DNA of 64,000 nt from Haliotis rufescens. Taxonomy: Eukaryota. The position numbers were made by a program, and so were the translations under genes. The notes under the pieces are model-generated. The model saw only the letters and a list, made by a program, of their open reading frames with translations. It searched no databases and was not told the DNA's origin. Positions 24,682 to 40,186 of this stretch are shown one piece after another. The DNA lies in the NCBI RefSeq assembly GCF_023055435.1, contig NW_025963802.1, forward strand, positions 558,001 through 622,000, written 5' to 3'. Position 1 is the first letter of the stretch, and every line of letters starts with the position of its first letter.

Positions 24682-27600
24682 TTTGAGTATCTATTGAGTA
24701 ACGTGAAAATCGTTGTCAAGAAAGGGAAATAGCATGTTATCGTTACTCATCTGGTACATTCAGTTCACACCACTCATTGTGAATTATGTTATCAGTTTTA
24801 CTTTCACCTGCATTCATATATTTCCCAATTTACAAGAACGTTTTATGTTACATATTCGTACTTTTATGAATTGGCTCAACATAAAGATTGAAAACAGCCA
24901 GATGCGCAGCAGATGAATCAAACATTAAAAGTATACATATATATCACAAGCAAACCTTAAAATAGTACTTACAGTTTGGTCTTGACTCGTATCTGTGTCT
25001 TAACGGCAGGTGAAGATAAGAGATGATGGAACAGTTTCCCCCATCCTTTATATATACCATTTGTGAATTATACGTGATTAATTTACCTTGGGCTGGCCAC
25101 TTCCAGGTAAGTGACGCACCTCAGTTTAATGGTGTAAAGTAAGCATTCTTTTCGCATCAAAGGGTCCGAGGTTATCACCCTACGGGTACACATGCGAGCT
25201 GGTATACATGAACATCGATTAAGGAAGTACAAGACAACGTATATAAAGGTGGAAAACAGACACACTCTCTCTGGCATCGTCTAACTGCATTTCAAACAGT
25301 CCTCGATACTCAACGTTTAACCTATATCAAGTAAATATTCGACAACGGTCTGAAAAGTGTGTATCCAGTAAATATATGATGTGGGAGCAACATACATCAG
25401 ACATTATAATGCATCTGTGTGATACGACATAACAAGAGACCAGAAAACTGACGCAACACACTAGTACAGCCTTACCACAGTACAGCAGTAGCACTGTACC
25501 ACACGGGGTCAACTATGCTAACCGTTTCCGTGTAATACAGCAGCCTGCTCACAAGAAAATAGCTTCTGCTGAATATACTGCAGAAGTCCCCAGATACTGC
25601 ATTATTCTCCCCGAATTTTATTTATCTTACTGCACAATAACAATAAACTACAACAGCTTTATTTCCTAACTGATAGGTACATATATTGGTTTCTTCTCAC
25701 AAAGGGACTGTCACTATGAATATTCACAACACCATTTTATGCGTGTAATATCTGTTAAAAGCCTAAAGTACACCAATGTCTTCTGAAAACATGATTGACA
25801 TATGAACAACCGCTTGTTTTCTCGTCTTTGTTGACTTGTCTTTGTATGTGTTTGTGACGGAGGAACCGTTGGGTCAGGATACGCTTACTTTTTGGCAACC
25901 GCCAGGTATCATCACTATCTGGTAGTCATTCATACGCACATGCGTGTGATCATTAAAGTCGAAATCGTACAATGGTCTCTGCTTCGAGCAGAGGTTTCGA
26001 ATGATTCTGAAAAGGGTTATGTGGCTTTTATTTGCAACTGCGTTTCTTGAGAGAAGTCTCTTATTTTCAACATATCATCTTGATAATTGTACACTTCATT
26101 ATCAAGGCATTTGTAATAATACGAGCATCACTAAATTTGTTGTCTCAATTTCTATAGATAACGCCTGAATGTTGATATAATAATCATTCAATGATGACCC
26201 TTTAACTACATAAATCGTCAACGCCAGAAAATAATCAGGCTCCATTATCTGCTGAAACAGATTTCATTGAGTGTAAAAGGCAAGGTTGTGCTAAAACATA
26301 TGCTGAATATCAGTGATGTCATCAGGTGTTAATGAATAGTTTATATTTGTATATATTTGTTGGGTGTTTCATGAGCTCCTCCGTCAGTTACATCGTGTGC
26401 CAGATTAGGAGAATGTTGTCTTTTGACAATGTCTCAGCCATTCATACATTTGCATATATACTTAATCACTGTTGCAAATAACTCACTTTAACGTGTTTTA
26501 ATCTTGGGGTGAGTCTTTGGTTCTAAACATTAGAAGAAAGAAGAAAGTATATAAATCGCCTCTACCCTTTACGTATGCCCTTGACATGATGAAGCAGTAG
26601 TGATAGTGATGACTGTGTTCTTTTAAGGCGTGTTTAAACCAAAACTCATACCAAGAATAAAACATGCGCAAATCAGTTTGACAATGTGTAACTATGTAAG
26701 GGTTTCCCAGAACCGTACATCTAAAAGTAAAGACGTGTGTTTTCAGAAGAAAATGCTCTTAAAGTATAACACAAAGGTGTTTTCAAAGATAGACATGACC
26801 AAACGACTTGTTTTTACAGTCTGGTTGTTGTTATAAAAAGACTTATGACAAGCTATAAAGTTGGACCATTTATTCCGCTGAATTTCACTCTCTACAGTTA
26901 CCAAATGCAATCTCCTTTGTGTTAATAAATGATTGTCACGTTTGCGTTGTAATCAAACAATAGGGATATATTAGCTATTTGTTTGTTTATTGTAATCTTC
27001 AATCCTACCAATCCAGTTCGGAATCTTAAAATTCGCTGTCTGATTTAATCAATATGTATTTTACAAATAGCACCCACAGGGAAGGTGCTTAGTGAACACA
27101 CAACTAAATATCTATATAGATACTTCTCCTATTAATTACATAAGCAGTATGCAAAATTTTAAATTGCATCATCAAATCAAGAAGTACATGTTTGATGGAA
27201 ATTACAAATAATTCCTAGTTTGATAAGCTACACCCGGACAAGCGTATTTAATAGTTACTTTTGAATTCAATCGTTTTGTTTGTGTTATTAATAAACTGTC
27301 AAGATATGTTACTGTCATGGAAATTCCAACTGTATGCATTCCCTTCTAACCAAAGCAGTAAGAATCTTGCAACATTTGTTTTGATGCTCTACATCACCAT
27401 GGCTTTCGCTGTTTCATTGCAGCAGCTCAGATATTATTTATACAAAGCGCCATAACAACATGTAGATTGTATTCTGAATACAACCTTCGCTCATTTTCAA
27501 GGACAGCGCACACATTTGCATTTCAATACAGTGCACACTGTCTACCCCTTGATCCCGTTAATGAACGCTTTGACCAAAATTGATACTCCTGCTTATTTGT

Positions 27601-28103
27601 TTCGCTGCATGTTTTTAAAATGCAAATTGAAATACAGCCAGCTAATTCCAGATATTATGGTACTTCAAATGGCCAACAAACCCTTCCGTGGCAGCCCAAA
27701 TGATACATTCCCGTGAAACATGAACTCGGGTAAGTGACATTTTGTGGGAGATATATCAAGCATAAAATCACTCCTCTTATCATCATGTCCGGTTCACTCC
27801 TCTTATCATCATGTCCGGTTTCCTCAGGAACGTAATAGCACATATCAGTAGTTGATATCTTAGCTTGAAGTAAAACGCAATATCATTTAAGTGCTTGGAT
27901 ATTGGTCGACAACACGCACTATGTCCAGAGTTTACAATATGGATAAACATAGATCACTCTTCCATTGTGAACATTCAATTCAGTTTTCAGATTCTCAAAC
28001 AAATTTCAAGGCGTAAATAAATATGACAAGATTTTATTGAACCAATTCCATTGGTTTGAGAATATACATAAATAGCCAGCATCACACTGCAGGTGATAAT
28101 AAC

Positions 28104-28716
28104 TCAATAATAGCCGATACCTGAAACAAAAAAATAGTAGAATAAAGTTGGGATATATGGATAAGTCACAACGAAGTCTTGAAACTAGCTGCATGATAAG
28201 CTAAACCAAATATTAGAGAAAGCAGAGAATAATTTTAAAGATGTTTTGTAAATGGCATCAGCTTTGTCGCGTAAAATAATAATACCACATAGGTAAATTA
28301 TATAATTTTGCAAACGAGACTGAAGGTGGGATACGATAAACAAATGATATCATATTTTGTGAAATACCTTTTCCCAATCCCATTCCGTATCCTCCAATTC
28401 CGCCGTAGAGACCACCATAGCCTCCAAGTCCTCCGTACAGACCTCCCATGCCTCCGTATAGACCTCCCACGCCTCCGTATAGACCTCCCATGCCTCCGTA
28501 TAGACCTCCCACGCCTCCGTATAGACCTCCCATGCCTCCGTACAGACCTCCATAGCCTCCGTACAGACCTCCAAGGCCTCCGTACAATCCACCCATTCCG
28601 TAGCCAATTCCGCCCAGTCCTCCTTTCAACCCGCCAATTCCACCATACAGACCAGTAGGCTCGGCAAAGGCGGTAACAGCCAGGCAGGCAACAAGAGCGG
28701 CGACTATCTTCATCAT
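28104..28716 (-). CDS. Secreted Gly/Tyr-rich protein, copy 6 (join 28368..28716, 28104..28120; 121 aa; consensus form)
   Basis: Intact structure; TATA at 29082-29091. Confidence 0.88.
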
Positions 28717-31700
28717 TTTGAGTATCTATTGAGTAACGTGAAAATCGTTGTCAAGAAAGGGAAATAGCATGTTATCGTTACTCATCTGGTACATTCAGTT
28801 CACACCACTCATTGTGAATTATGTTATCAGTTTTACTTTCACCTGCATTCATATATTTCCCAATTTACAAGAACGTTTTATGTTACATATTCGTACTTTT
28901 ATGAATTGGCTCAACATAAAGATTGAAAACAGCCAGATGCGCAGCAGATGAATCAAACATTAAAAGTATACATATATATCACAAGCAAACCTTAAAATAG
29001 TACTTACAGTTTGGTCTTGACTCGTATCTGTGTCTTAACGGCAGGTGAAGATAAGAGATGATGGAACAGTTTCCCCCATCCTTTATATATACCATTTGTG
29101 AATTATACGTGATTAATTTACCTTGGGCTGGCCACTTCCAGGTAAGTGACGCACCTCAGTTTAATGGTGTAAAGTAAGCATTCTTTTCGCATCAAAGGGC
29201 CCGAGGTTATCACCCTACGGGTACACATGCGAGCTGGTATACATGAACATCGATTAAGGAAGTACAAGACAACGTATATAAAGGTGGAAAACAGACACAC
29301 TCTCTCTGGCATCGTCTAACTGCATTTCAAACAGTCCTCGATACTCAACGTTTAACCTATATCAAGTAAATATTCGACAACGGTCTGAAAAGTGTGTATC
29401 CAGTAAATATATGATGTGGGAGCAACATACATCAGACATTATAATGCATCTGTGTGATACGACATAACAAGAGACCAGAAAACTGACGCAACACACTAGT
29501 ACAGCCTTACCACAGTACAGCAGTAACACTGTACCACACGGGGTCAACTATGCTAACCGTTTCCGTGTAATACAGCAGCCTGCTCACAAGAAAATAGCTT
29601 CTGCTGAATATACTGCAGAAGTCCCCAGATACTGCATTATTCTCCCCGAATTTTATTTATCTTACTGCACAATAACAATAAACTACAACAGCTTTATTTC
29701 CTAACTGATAGGTACATATATTGGTTTCTTCTCACAAAGGGACTGTCACTATGAATATTCACAACACCATTTTATGCGTGTAATATCTGTTAAAAGCCTA
29801 AAGTACACCAATGTCTTCTGAAAACATGATTGACATATGAACAACCGCTTGTTTTCTCGTCTTTGTTGACTTGTCTTTGTATGTGTTTGTGACGGAGGAA
29901 CCGTTGGGGCAGGATACGCTTACTTTTTGGCAACCGCCAGGTATCATCACTATCTGGTAGTCATTCATACGCACATGCGTGTGATCATTAAAGTCGAAAT
30001 CGTACAATGGTCTCTGCTTCGAGCAGAGGTTTCGAATGATTCTGAAAAGGGTTATGTGGCTTTTATTTGCAACTGCGTTTCTTGAGAGAAGTCTCTTATT
30101 TTCAACATATCATCTTGATAATTGTACACTTCATTATCAAGGCATTTGTAATAATACGAGCATCACTAAATTTGTTATCTCAATTTCTATAGATAACGCC
30201 TGAATGTTGATATAATAATCATTCAATGATGACCCTTTAACTACATAAATCGTCAACGCCAGAAAATAATCAGGCTCCATTATCTGCTGAAACAGATTTC
30301 ATTGAGTGTAAAAGGCAAGGTTGTGCTAAAACATATGCTGAATATCAGTGATGTCATCAGGTGTTAATGAATAGTTTATATTTGTATATATTTGTTGGGT
30401 GTTTCATGAGCTCCTCCGTCAGTTACATCGTGTGCCAGATTAGGAGAATGTTGTCTTTTGACAATGTCTCAGCCATTCATACATTTGCATATATACTTAA
30501 TCACTGTTGCAAATAACTCACTTTAACGTGTTTTAATCTTGGGGTGAGTCTTTGGTTCTAAACATTAGAAGAAAGAAGAAAGTATATAAATCGCCTCTAC
30601 CCTTTACGTATGCCCTTGACATGATGAAGCAGTAGTGATAGTGATGACTGTGTTCTTTTAAGGCGTGTTTAAACCAAAACTCATACCAAGAATAAAACAT
30701 GCGCAAATCAGTTTGACAATGTGTAACTATGTAAGGGTTTCCCAGAACCGTACATCTAAAAGTAAAGACGTGTGTTTTCAGAAGAAAATGCTCTTAAAGT
30801 ATAACACAAAGGTGTTTTCAAAGATAGACATGACCAAACGACTTGTTTTTACAGTCTGGTTGTTGTTATAAAAAGACTTATGACAAGCTTTAAAGTTGGA
30901 CCATTTATTCCGCTGAATTTCACTCTCTACAGTTACCAAATGCAATCTCCTTTGTGTTAATAAATGATTGTCACGTTTGCGTTGTAATCAAACAATAGGG
31001 ATATATTAGCTATTTGTTTGTTTATTGTAATCTTCAATCCTACCAATCCAGTTCGGAATCTTAAAATTCGCTGTCTGATTTAATCAATATGTATTTTACA
31101 AATAGCACCCACAGGGAAGGTGCTTAGTGAACACACAACTAAATATCTATATAGATACTTCTCCTATTAATTACATAAGCAGTATGCAAAATTTTAAATT
31201 GCATCATCAAATCAAGAAGTACATGTTTGATGGAAATTACAAATAATTCCTAGTTTGATAAGCTACACCCGGACAAGCGTATTTAATAGTTACTTTTGAA
31301 TTCAATCGTTTTGTTTGTGTTATAAATAAACTGTAAAGATATGTTACTGTCATGGAAATTCCAACTGTATGCATTCCCTTCTAACCAAAGCAGTAAGAAT
31401 CTTGCAACATTTGTTTTGATGCTCTACATCACCATGGCTTTCGCTGTTTCATTGCAGCAGCTCAGATATTATTTATACAAAGCGCCATAACAACATGTAG
31501 ATTGTATTCTGAATACAACTTTCGCTCATTTTCAAGGACAGCACACACATTTGCATTTCAATACAGTGCACACTGTCTACCCCTTGATCCCGTTAATGAA
31601 CGCTTTGACCAAAATTGATACTCCTGCTTATTTGTTTCGCTGCATGTTTTTAAAATGCAAATTGAAATACAGCCAGCCAATTCCAGATATTATGGTACTT

Positions 31701-32137
31701 CAAATGGCCAACAAACCCTTTCGTGGCAGCCCAAATGATACATTCCCGTGAAACATGAACTCGGTAAGTGACATTTTGTGGGAGATATATCAAGCATAAA
31801 ATCACTCCTCTTATCATCATGTCCGGTTCACTCCTCTTATCATCATGTCCGGTTTCCTCAGGAACGTAATAGCACATATCAGTAGTTGATATCTTAGCTT
31901 GAAGTAAAACGCAATATCATTTAAGTGCTTGGATATTGGTCGACAACACGCACTATGTCCAGAGTTTACAATATGGATAAACATAGATCACTCTTCCATT
32001 GTGAACATTCAATTCAGTTTTCAGATTCTCAAACAAATTTCAAGGCGTAAATAAATATGACAAGATTTTATTGAACCAATTCCATTGGTTTGAGAATATA
32101 CATAAATAGCCAGCATCACACTGCAGGTGATAATAAC

Positions 32138-32729
32138 TCAATAATAGCCGATACCTGAAACAAAAAAATAGTAGAATAAAGTTGGGATATATGGATAAGT
32201 CACAACGAAGTCTTGAAACTAGCTGCATGATAAGCTAAACCAAATATTAGAGAAAGCAGAGAATAATTTTAAAGATGTTTTGTAAATGGCATCAGCTTTG
32301 TCGCGTAAAATAATAATACCACATAGGTAAATTATATAATTTTGCAAACGAGACTGAAGGTGGGATACGATAAACAAATGATATCATATTTTGTGAAATA
32401 CCTTTTCCCAATCCCATTCCGTATCCTCCAATTCCGCCGTAGAGACCACCATAGCCTCCAAGTCCTCCGTGCAGACCTCCCATGCCTCCGTATAGACCTC
32501 CCACGCCTCCGTATAGACCTCCCACGCCTCCGTATAGACCTCCCATGCCTCCGTACAGACCTCCATAGCCTCCGTACAGACCTCCAAGGCCTCCGTACAA
32601 TCCACCCATTCCGTAGCCAATTCCGCCCAGTCCTCCTTTCAACCCGCCAATTCCACCATACAGACCAGTAGGCTCGGCAAAGGCGGTAACAGCCAGGCAG
32701 GCAACAAGAGCGGCGACTATCTTCATCAT
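32138..32729 (-). CDS. Secreted Gly/Tyr-rich protein, copy 7 (join 32402..32729, 32138..32154; 114 aa; one heptad deleted, His variant)
   Basis: Same protein as copy 5; TATA at 33095-33104. Confidence 0.88.
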
Positions 32730-35700
32730 TTTGAGTATCTATTGAGTAACGTGAAAATCGTTGTCAAGAAAGGGAAATAGCATGTTATCGTTACTCATCT
32801 GGTACATTCAGTTCACACCACTCATTGTGAATTATGTTATCAGTTTTACTTTCACCTGCATTCATATATTTCCCAATTTACAAGAACGTTTTATGTTACA
32901 TATTCGTACTTTTATGAATTGGCTCAACATAAAGATTGAAAACAGCCAGATGCGCAGCAGATGAATCAAACATTAAAAGTATACATATATATCACAAGCA
33001 AACCTTAAAATAGTACTTACAGTTTGGTCTTGACTCGTATCTGTGTCTTAACGGCAGGTGAAGATAAGAGATGATGGAACAGTTTCCCCCATCCTTTATA
33101 TATACCATTTGTGAATTATACGTGATTAATTTACCTTGGGCTGGCCACTTCCAGGTAAGTGACGCACCTCAGTTTAATGGTGTAAAGTAAGCATTCTTTT
33201 CGCATCAAAGGGCCCGAGGTTATCACCCTACGGGTACACATGCGAGCTGGTATACATGAACATCGATTAAGGAAGTACAAGACAACGTATATAAAGGTGG
33301 AAAACAGACACACTCTCTCTGGCATCGTCTAACTGCATTTCAAACAGTCCTCGATACTCAACGTTTAACCTATATCAAGTAAATATTCGACAACGGTCTG
33401 AAAAGTGTGTATCCAGTAAATATATGATGTGGGAGCAACATACATCAGACATTATAATGCATCTGTGTGATACGACATAACAAGAGACCAGAAAACTGAC
33501 GCAACACACTAGTACAGCCTTACCACAGTACAGCAGTAGCACTGTACCACACGGGGTCAACTATGCTAACCGTTTCCGTGTAATACAGCAGCCTGCTCAC
33601 AAGAAAATAGCTTCTGCTGAATATACTGCAGAAGTCCCCAGATACTGCATTATTCTCCCCGAATTTTATTTATCTTACTGCACAATAACAATAAACTACA
33701 ACAGCTTTATTTCCTAACTGATAGGTACATATATTGGTTTATTCTCACAAAGGGACTGTCACTATGAATATTCACAACACCATTTTATGCGTGTAATATC
33801 TGTTAAAAGCCTAAAGTACACCAATGTCTTCTGAAAACATGATTGACATATGAACAACCGCTTGTTTTCTCGTCTTTGTTGACTTGTCTTTGTATGTGTT
33901 TGTGACGGAGGAACCGTTGGGGCAGGATACGCTTACTTTTTGGCAACCGCCAGGTATCATCACTATCTGGTAGTCATTCATACGCACATGCGTGTGATCA
34001 TTAAAGTCGAAATCGTACAATGGTCTCTGCTTCGAGCAGAGGTTTCGAATGATTCTGAAAAGGGTTATGTGGCTTTTATTTGCAACTGCGTTTCTTGTGA
34101 GAAGTCTCTTATTTTCAACATATCATCTTGATAATTGTACACTTCATTATCAAGGCATTTGTAATAATACGAGCATCACTAAATTTGTTATCTCAATTTC
34201 TATAGATAACGCCTGAATGTTGATATAATAATCATTCAATGATGACCCTTTAACTACATAAATCGTCAACGCCAGAAAATAATCAGGCTCCATTATCTGC
34301 TGAAACAGATTTCATTGAGTGTAAAAGGCAAGGTTGTGCTAAAACATATGCTGAATATCAGTGATGTCATCAGGTCTTAATGAATAGTTTATATTTGTAT
34401 ATATTTGTTGGGTGTTTCATGAGCTCCTCCGTCAGTTACATCGTGTGCCAGATTAGGAGAATGTTGTCTTTTGACAATGTCTCAGCCATTCATACATTTG
34501 CATATATACTTAATCACTGTTGCAAATAACTCACTTTAACGTGTTTTAATCTTGGGGTGAGTCTTTGGTTCTAAACATTAGAAGAAAGAAGAAAGTATAT
34601 AAATCGCCTCTACCCTTTACGTATGCCCTTGACATGATGAAGCAGTAGTGATAGTGATGACTGTGTTCTTTTAAGGCGTGTTTAAACCTAAACTCATACC
34701 AAGAATAAAACATGCGCAAATCAGTTTGACAATGTGTAACTATGTAAGGGTTTCCCAGAACCGTACATCTAAAAGTAAAGACGTGTGTTTTCAGAAGAAA
34801 ATGCTCTTAAAGTATAACACAAAGGTGTTTTCAAAGATAGACATGACCAAACGACTTGTTTTTACAGTCTGGTTGTTGTTATAAAAAGACTTATGACAAG
34901 CTATAAAGTTGGACCATTTATTCCGCTGAATTTCACTCTCTACAGTTACCAAATACAATCTCCTTTGTGTTAATAAATGATTGTCACGTTTGCGTTGTAA
35001 TCAAACAATAGGGATATATTAGCTATTTGTTTGTTTATTGTAATCTTCAATCCTACCAATCCAGTTCGGAATCTTAAAATTCGCTGTCTGATTTAATCAA
35101 TATGTATTTTACAAATAGCACCCACAGGGAAGGTGCTTAGTGAACACACAACTAAATATCTATATAGATACTTCTCCTATTAATTACATAAGCAGTATGC
35201 AAAATTTTAAATTGCATCATCAAATCAAGAAGTACATGTTTGATGGAAATTACAAATAATTCCTAGTTTGATAAGCTACACCCGGACAAGCGTATTTAAT
35301 AGTTACTTTTGAATTCAATCGTTTTGTTTGTGTTATTAATAAACTGTCAAGATATGTTACTGTCATGGAAATTCTAACTGTATGCATTCCCTTCTAACCA
35401 AAGCAGTAAGAATCTTGCAACATTTGTTTTGATGCTCTACATCACCATGGCTTTCGCTGTTTCATTGCAGCAGCTCAGATATTATTTATACAAAGCGCCA
35501 TAACAACATGTAGATTGTATTCTGAATACAACTTTCGCTCATTTTCAAGGACAGCACACACATTTGCATTTCAATACAGTGCACACTGTCTACCCCTTGA
35601 TCCCGTTAATGAACGCTTTGACCAAAATTGATACTCCTGCTTATTTGTTTCGCTGCATGTTTTTAAAATGCAAATTGAAATACAGCCAGCTAATTCCAGA

Positions 35701-36151
35701 TATTATGGTACTTCAAATGGCCAACAAACCCTTCCGTGGCAGCCCAAATGATACATTCCCGTGAAACATGAACTCGGGTAAGTGACATTTTGTGGGAGAT
35801 ATATCAAGCATAAAATCACTCCTCTTATCATCATGTCCGGTTCACTCCTCTTATCATCATGTCCGGTTTCCTCAGTAACGTAATAGCACATATCAGTAGT
35901 TGATATCTTAGCTTGAAGTAAAACGCAATATCATTTAAGTGCTTGGATATTGGTCGACAACACGCACTATGTCCAGAGTTTACAATATGGATAAACATAG
36001 ATCACTCTTCCATTGTGAACATTCAATTCAGTTTTCAGATTCTCAAACAAATTTCAAGGCGTAAATAAATATGACAAGATTTTATTGAACCAATTCCATT
36101 GGTTTGAGAATATACATAAATAGCCAGCATCACACTGCAGGTGATAATAAC

Positions 36152-36764
36152 TCAATAATAGCCGATACCTGAAACAAAAAAATAGTAGAATAAAGTTGGG
36201 ATATATGGATAAGTCACAACGAAGTCTTGAAACTAGCTGCATGATAAGCTAAACCAAATATTAGAGAAAGCAGAGAATAATTTTAAAGATGTTTTGTAAA
36301 TGGCATCAGCTTTGTCGCGTAAAATAATAATACCACATAGGTAAATTATATAATTTTGCAAACGAGACTGAAGGTGGGATACGATAAACAAATGATATCA
36401 TATTTTGTGAAATACCTTTTCCCAATCCCATTCCGTATCCTCCAATTCCGCCGTAGAGACCACCATAGCCTCCAAGTCCTCCGTACAGACCTCCCATGCC
36501 TCCGTATAGACCTCCCACGCCTCCGTATAGACCTCCCATGCCTCCGTATAGACCTCCCACGCCTCCGTATAGACCTCCCATGCCTCCGTACAGACCTCCA
36601 TAGCCTCCGTACAGACCTCCAAGGCCTCCGTACAATCCACCCATTCCGTAGCCAATTCCGCCCAGTCCTCCTTTCAACCCGCCAATTCCACCATACAGAC
36701 CAGTAGGCTCGGCAAAGGCGGTAACAGCCAGGCAGGCAACAAGAGCGGCGACTATCTTCATCAT
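36152..36764 (-). CDS. Secreted Gly/Tyr-rich protein, copy 8 (join 36416..36764, 36152..36168; 121 aa)
   Basis: Intact structure; TATA at 37130-37139. Confidence 0.88.
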
Positions 36765-39700
36765 TTTGAGTATCTATTGAGTAACGTGAAAATCGTTGTC
36801 AAGAAAGGGAAATAGCATGTTATCGTTACTCATCTGGTAAATTCAGTTCACACCACTCATTGTGAATTATGTTATCAGTTTTACTTTCACCTGCATTCAT
36901 ATATTTCCCAATTTACAAGAACGTTTTATGTTACATATTCGTACTTTTATGAATTGGCTCAACATAAAGATTGAAAACAGCCAGATGCGCAGCAGATGAA
37001 TCAAACATTAAAAGTATACATATATATCACAAGCAAACCTTAAAATAGTACTTACAGTTTGGTCTTGACTCGTATCTGTGTCTTAACGGCAGGTGAAGAT
37101 AAGAGATGATGGAACAGTTTCCCCCATCCTTTATATATACCATTTGTGAATTATACGTGATTAATTTACCTTGGGCTGGCCACTTCCAGGTAAGTGACGC
37201 ACCTCAGTTTAATGGTGTAAAGTAAGCATTCTTTTCGCATCAAAGGGCCCGAGGTTATCACCCTACGGGTACACATGCGAGCTGGTATACATGAACATCG
37301 ATTAAGGAAGTACAAGACAACGTATATAAAGGTGGCAAACAGACACACTCTCTCTGGCATCGTCTAACTGCATTTCAAACAGTCCTCGATACTCAACGTT
37401 TAACCTATATCAAGTAAATATTCGACAACGGTCTGAAAAGTGTGTATCCAGTAAATATATGATGTGGGAGCAACATACATCAGACATTATAATGCATCTG
37501 TGTGATACGACATAACAAGAGACCAGAAAACTGACGCAACACACTAGTACAGCCTTACCACAGTACAGCAGTAGCACTGTACCACACGGGGTCAACTATG
37601 CTAACCGTTTCCGTGTAATACAGCAGCCTGCTCACAAGAAAATAGCTTCTGCTGAATATACTGCAGAAGTCCCCAGATACTGCATTATTCTCCCCGAATT
37701 TTATTTATCTTACTGCACAATAACAATAAACTACAACAGCTTTATTTCCTAACTGATAGGTACATATATTGGTTTATTCTCACAAAGGGACTGTCACTAT
37801 GAATATTCACAACACCATTTTATGCGTGTAATATCTGTTAAAAGCCTAAAGTACACCAATGTCTTCTGAAAACATGATTGACATATGAACAACCGCTTGT
37901 TTTCTCGTCTTTGTTGACTTGTCTTTGTATGTGTTTGTGACGGAGGAACCGTTGGGGCAGGATACGCTTACTTTTTGGCAACCGCCAGGTATCATCACTA
38001 TCTGGTAGTCATTCATACGCACATGCGTGTGATCATTAAAGTCGAAATCGTACAATGGTCTCTGCTTCGAGCAGAGGTTTCGAATGATTCTGAAAAGGGT
38101 TATGTGGCTTTTATTTGCAACTGCGTTTCTTGAGAGAAGTCTCTTATTTTCAACATATCATCTTGATAATTGTACACTTCATTATCAAGGCATTTGTAAT
38201 AATACGAGCATCACTAAATTTGTTATCTCAATTTCTATAGATAACGCCTGAATGTTGATATAATAATCATTCAATGATGACCCTTTAACTACATAAATCG
38301 TCAACGCCAGAAAATAATCAGGCTCCATTATCTGCTGAAACAGATTTCATTGAGTGTAAAAGGCAAGGTTGTGCTAAAACATATGCTGAATATCAGTGAT
38401 GTCATCAGGTGTTAATGAATAGTTTATATTTGTATATATTTGTTGGGTGTTTCATGAGCTCCTCCGTCAGTTACATCGTGTGCCAGATTGGGAGAATGTT
38501 GTCTTTTGACAATGTCTCAGCCATTCATACATTTGCATATATACTTAATCACTGTTGCAAATAACTCACTTTAACGTGTTTTAATCTTGGGGTGAGTCTT
38601 TGGTTCTAAACATTAGAAGAAAGAAGAAAGTATATAAATCGCCTCTACCCTTTACGTATGCCCTTGACATGATGAAGCAGTAGTGATAGTGATGACTGTG
38701 TTCTTTTAAGGCGTGTTTAAACCAAAACTCATACCAAGAATAAAACATGCGCAAATCAGTTTGACAATGTGTAACTATGTAAGGGTTTCCCAGAACCGTA
38801 CATCTAAAAGTAAAGACGTGTGTTTTCAGAAGAAAATGCTCTTAAAGTATAACACAAAGGTGTTTTCAAAGATAGACATGACCAAACGACTTGTTTTTAC
38901 AGTCTGGTTGTTGTTATAAAAAGACTTATGACAAGCTTTAAAGTTGGACCATTTATTCCGCTGAATTTCACTCTCTACAGTTACCAAATGCAATCTCCTT
39001 TGTATTGATAAATGATTGTCACGTTTGCGTTGTAATCAAACACTAGGGATATATTAGCTATTTGTTTGTTTATTGTAATCTTCAATCCTACCAATCCAGT
39101 TCGGAATCTTAAAATTCGCTGTCTGATTTAATCAATATGTGTTTTACAAATAGCACCCACAGGGAAGGTGCTTAGTGAACACACAACTAAATATCTATAT
39201 AGATACTTCTCCTATTAATTACATAAGCAGTATGCAAAATTTTAAATTGCATCATCAAATCAAGAAGTACATGTTTAATGGAAATTACAAATAATTCCTA
39301 GTTTGATAAGCTACACCCGGACAAGCGTATTTAATAGTTACTTTTGAATTCAATCGTTTTGTTTGTGTTATTAATAAACTGTCAAGATATGTTACTGTCA
39401 TGGAAATTCTAACTGTATGCATTCCCTTCTAACCAAAGCAGTAAGAATCTTGCAACATTTGTTTTGATGCTCTACATCACCATGGCTTTCGCTGTTTCAT
39501 TGCAGCAGCTCAGATATTATTTATACAAAGCGCCATAACAACATGTAGATTGTATTCTGAATACAACCTTCGCTCATTTTCAAGGACAGCACACACATTT
39601 GCATTTCAATACAGTGCACACTGTCTACCCCTTGATCCCGTTAATGAACGCTTTGACCAAAATTGATACTCCTGCTTATTTGTTTCGCTGCATGTTTTTA

Positions 39701-40186
39701 AAATGCAAATTGAAATACAGCCAGCCAATTCCAGATATTATGGTACTTCAAATGGCCAACAAACCCTTCCGTGGCAGCCCAAATGATACATTCCCGTGAA
39801 ACATGAACTCGGGTAAGTGACATTTTGTGGGAGATATATCAAGCATAAAATCACTCCTCTTATCATCATGTCCGGTTCACTCCTCTTATCATCATGTCCG
39901 GTTTCCTCAGGAACGTAATAGCACATATCAGTAGTTGATATCTTAGCTTGAAGTAAAACGCAATATCATTTAAGTGCTTGGATATTGGTCGACAACACGC
40001 ACTATGTCCAGAGTTTACAATATGGATAAACATAGATCACTCTTCCATTGTGAACATTCAATTCAGTTTTCAGATTCTCAAACAAATTTCAAGGCGTAAA
40101 TAAATATGACAAGATTTTATTGAACCAATTCCATTGGTTTGAGAATATACATAAATAGCCAGCATCACACTGCAGGTGATAATAAC

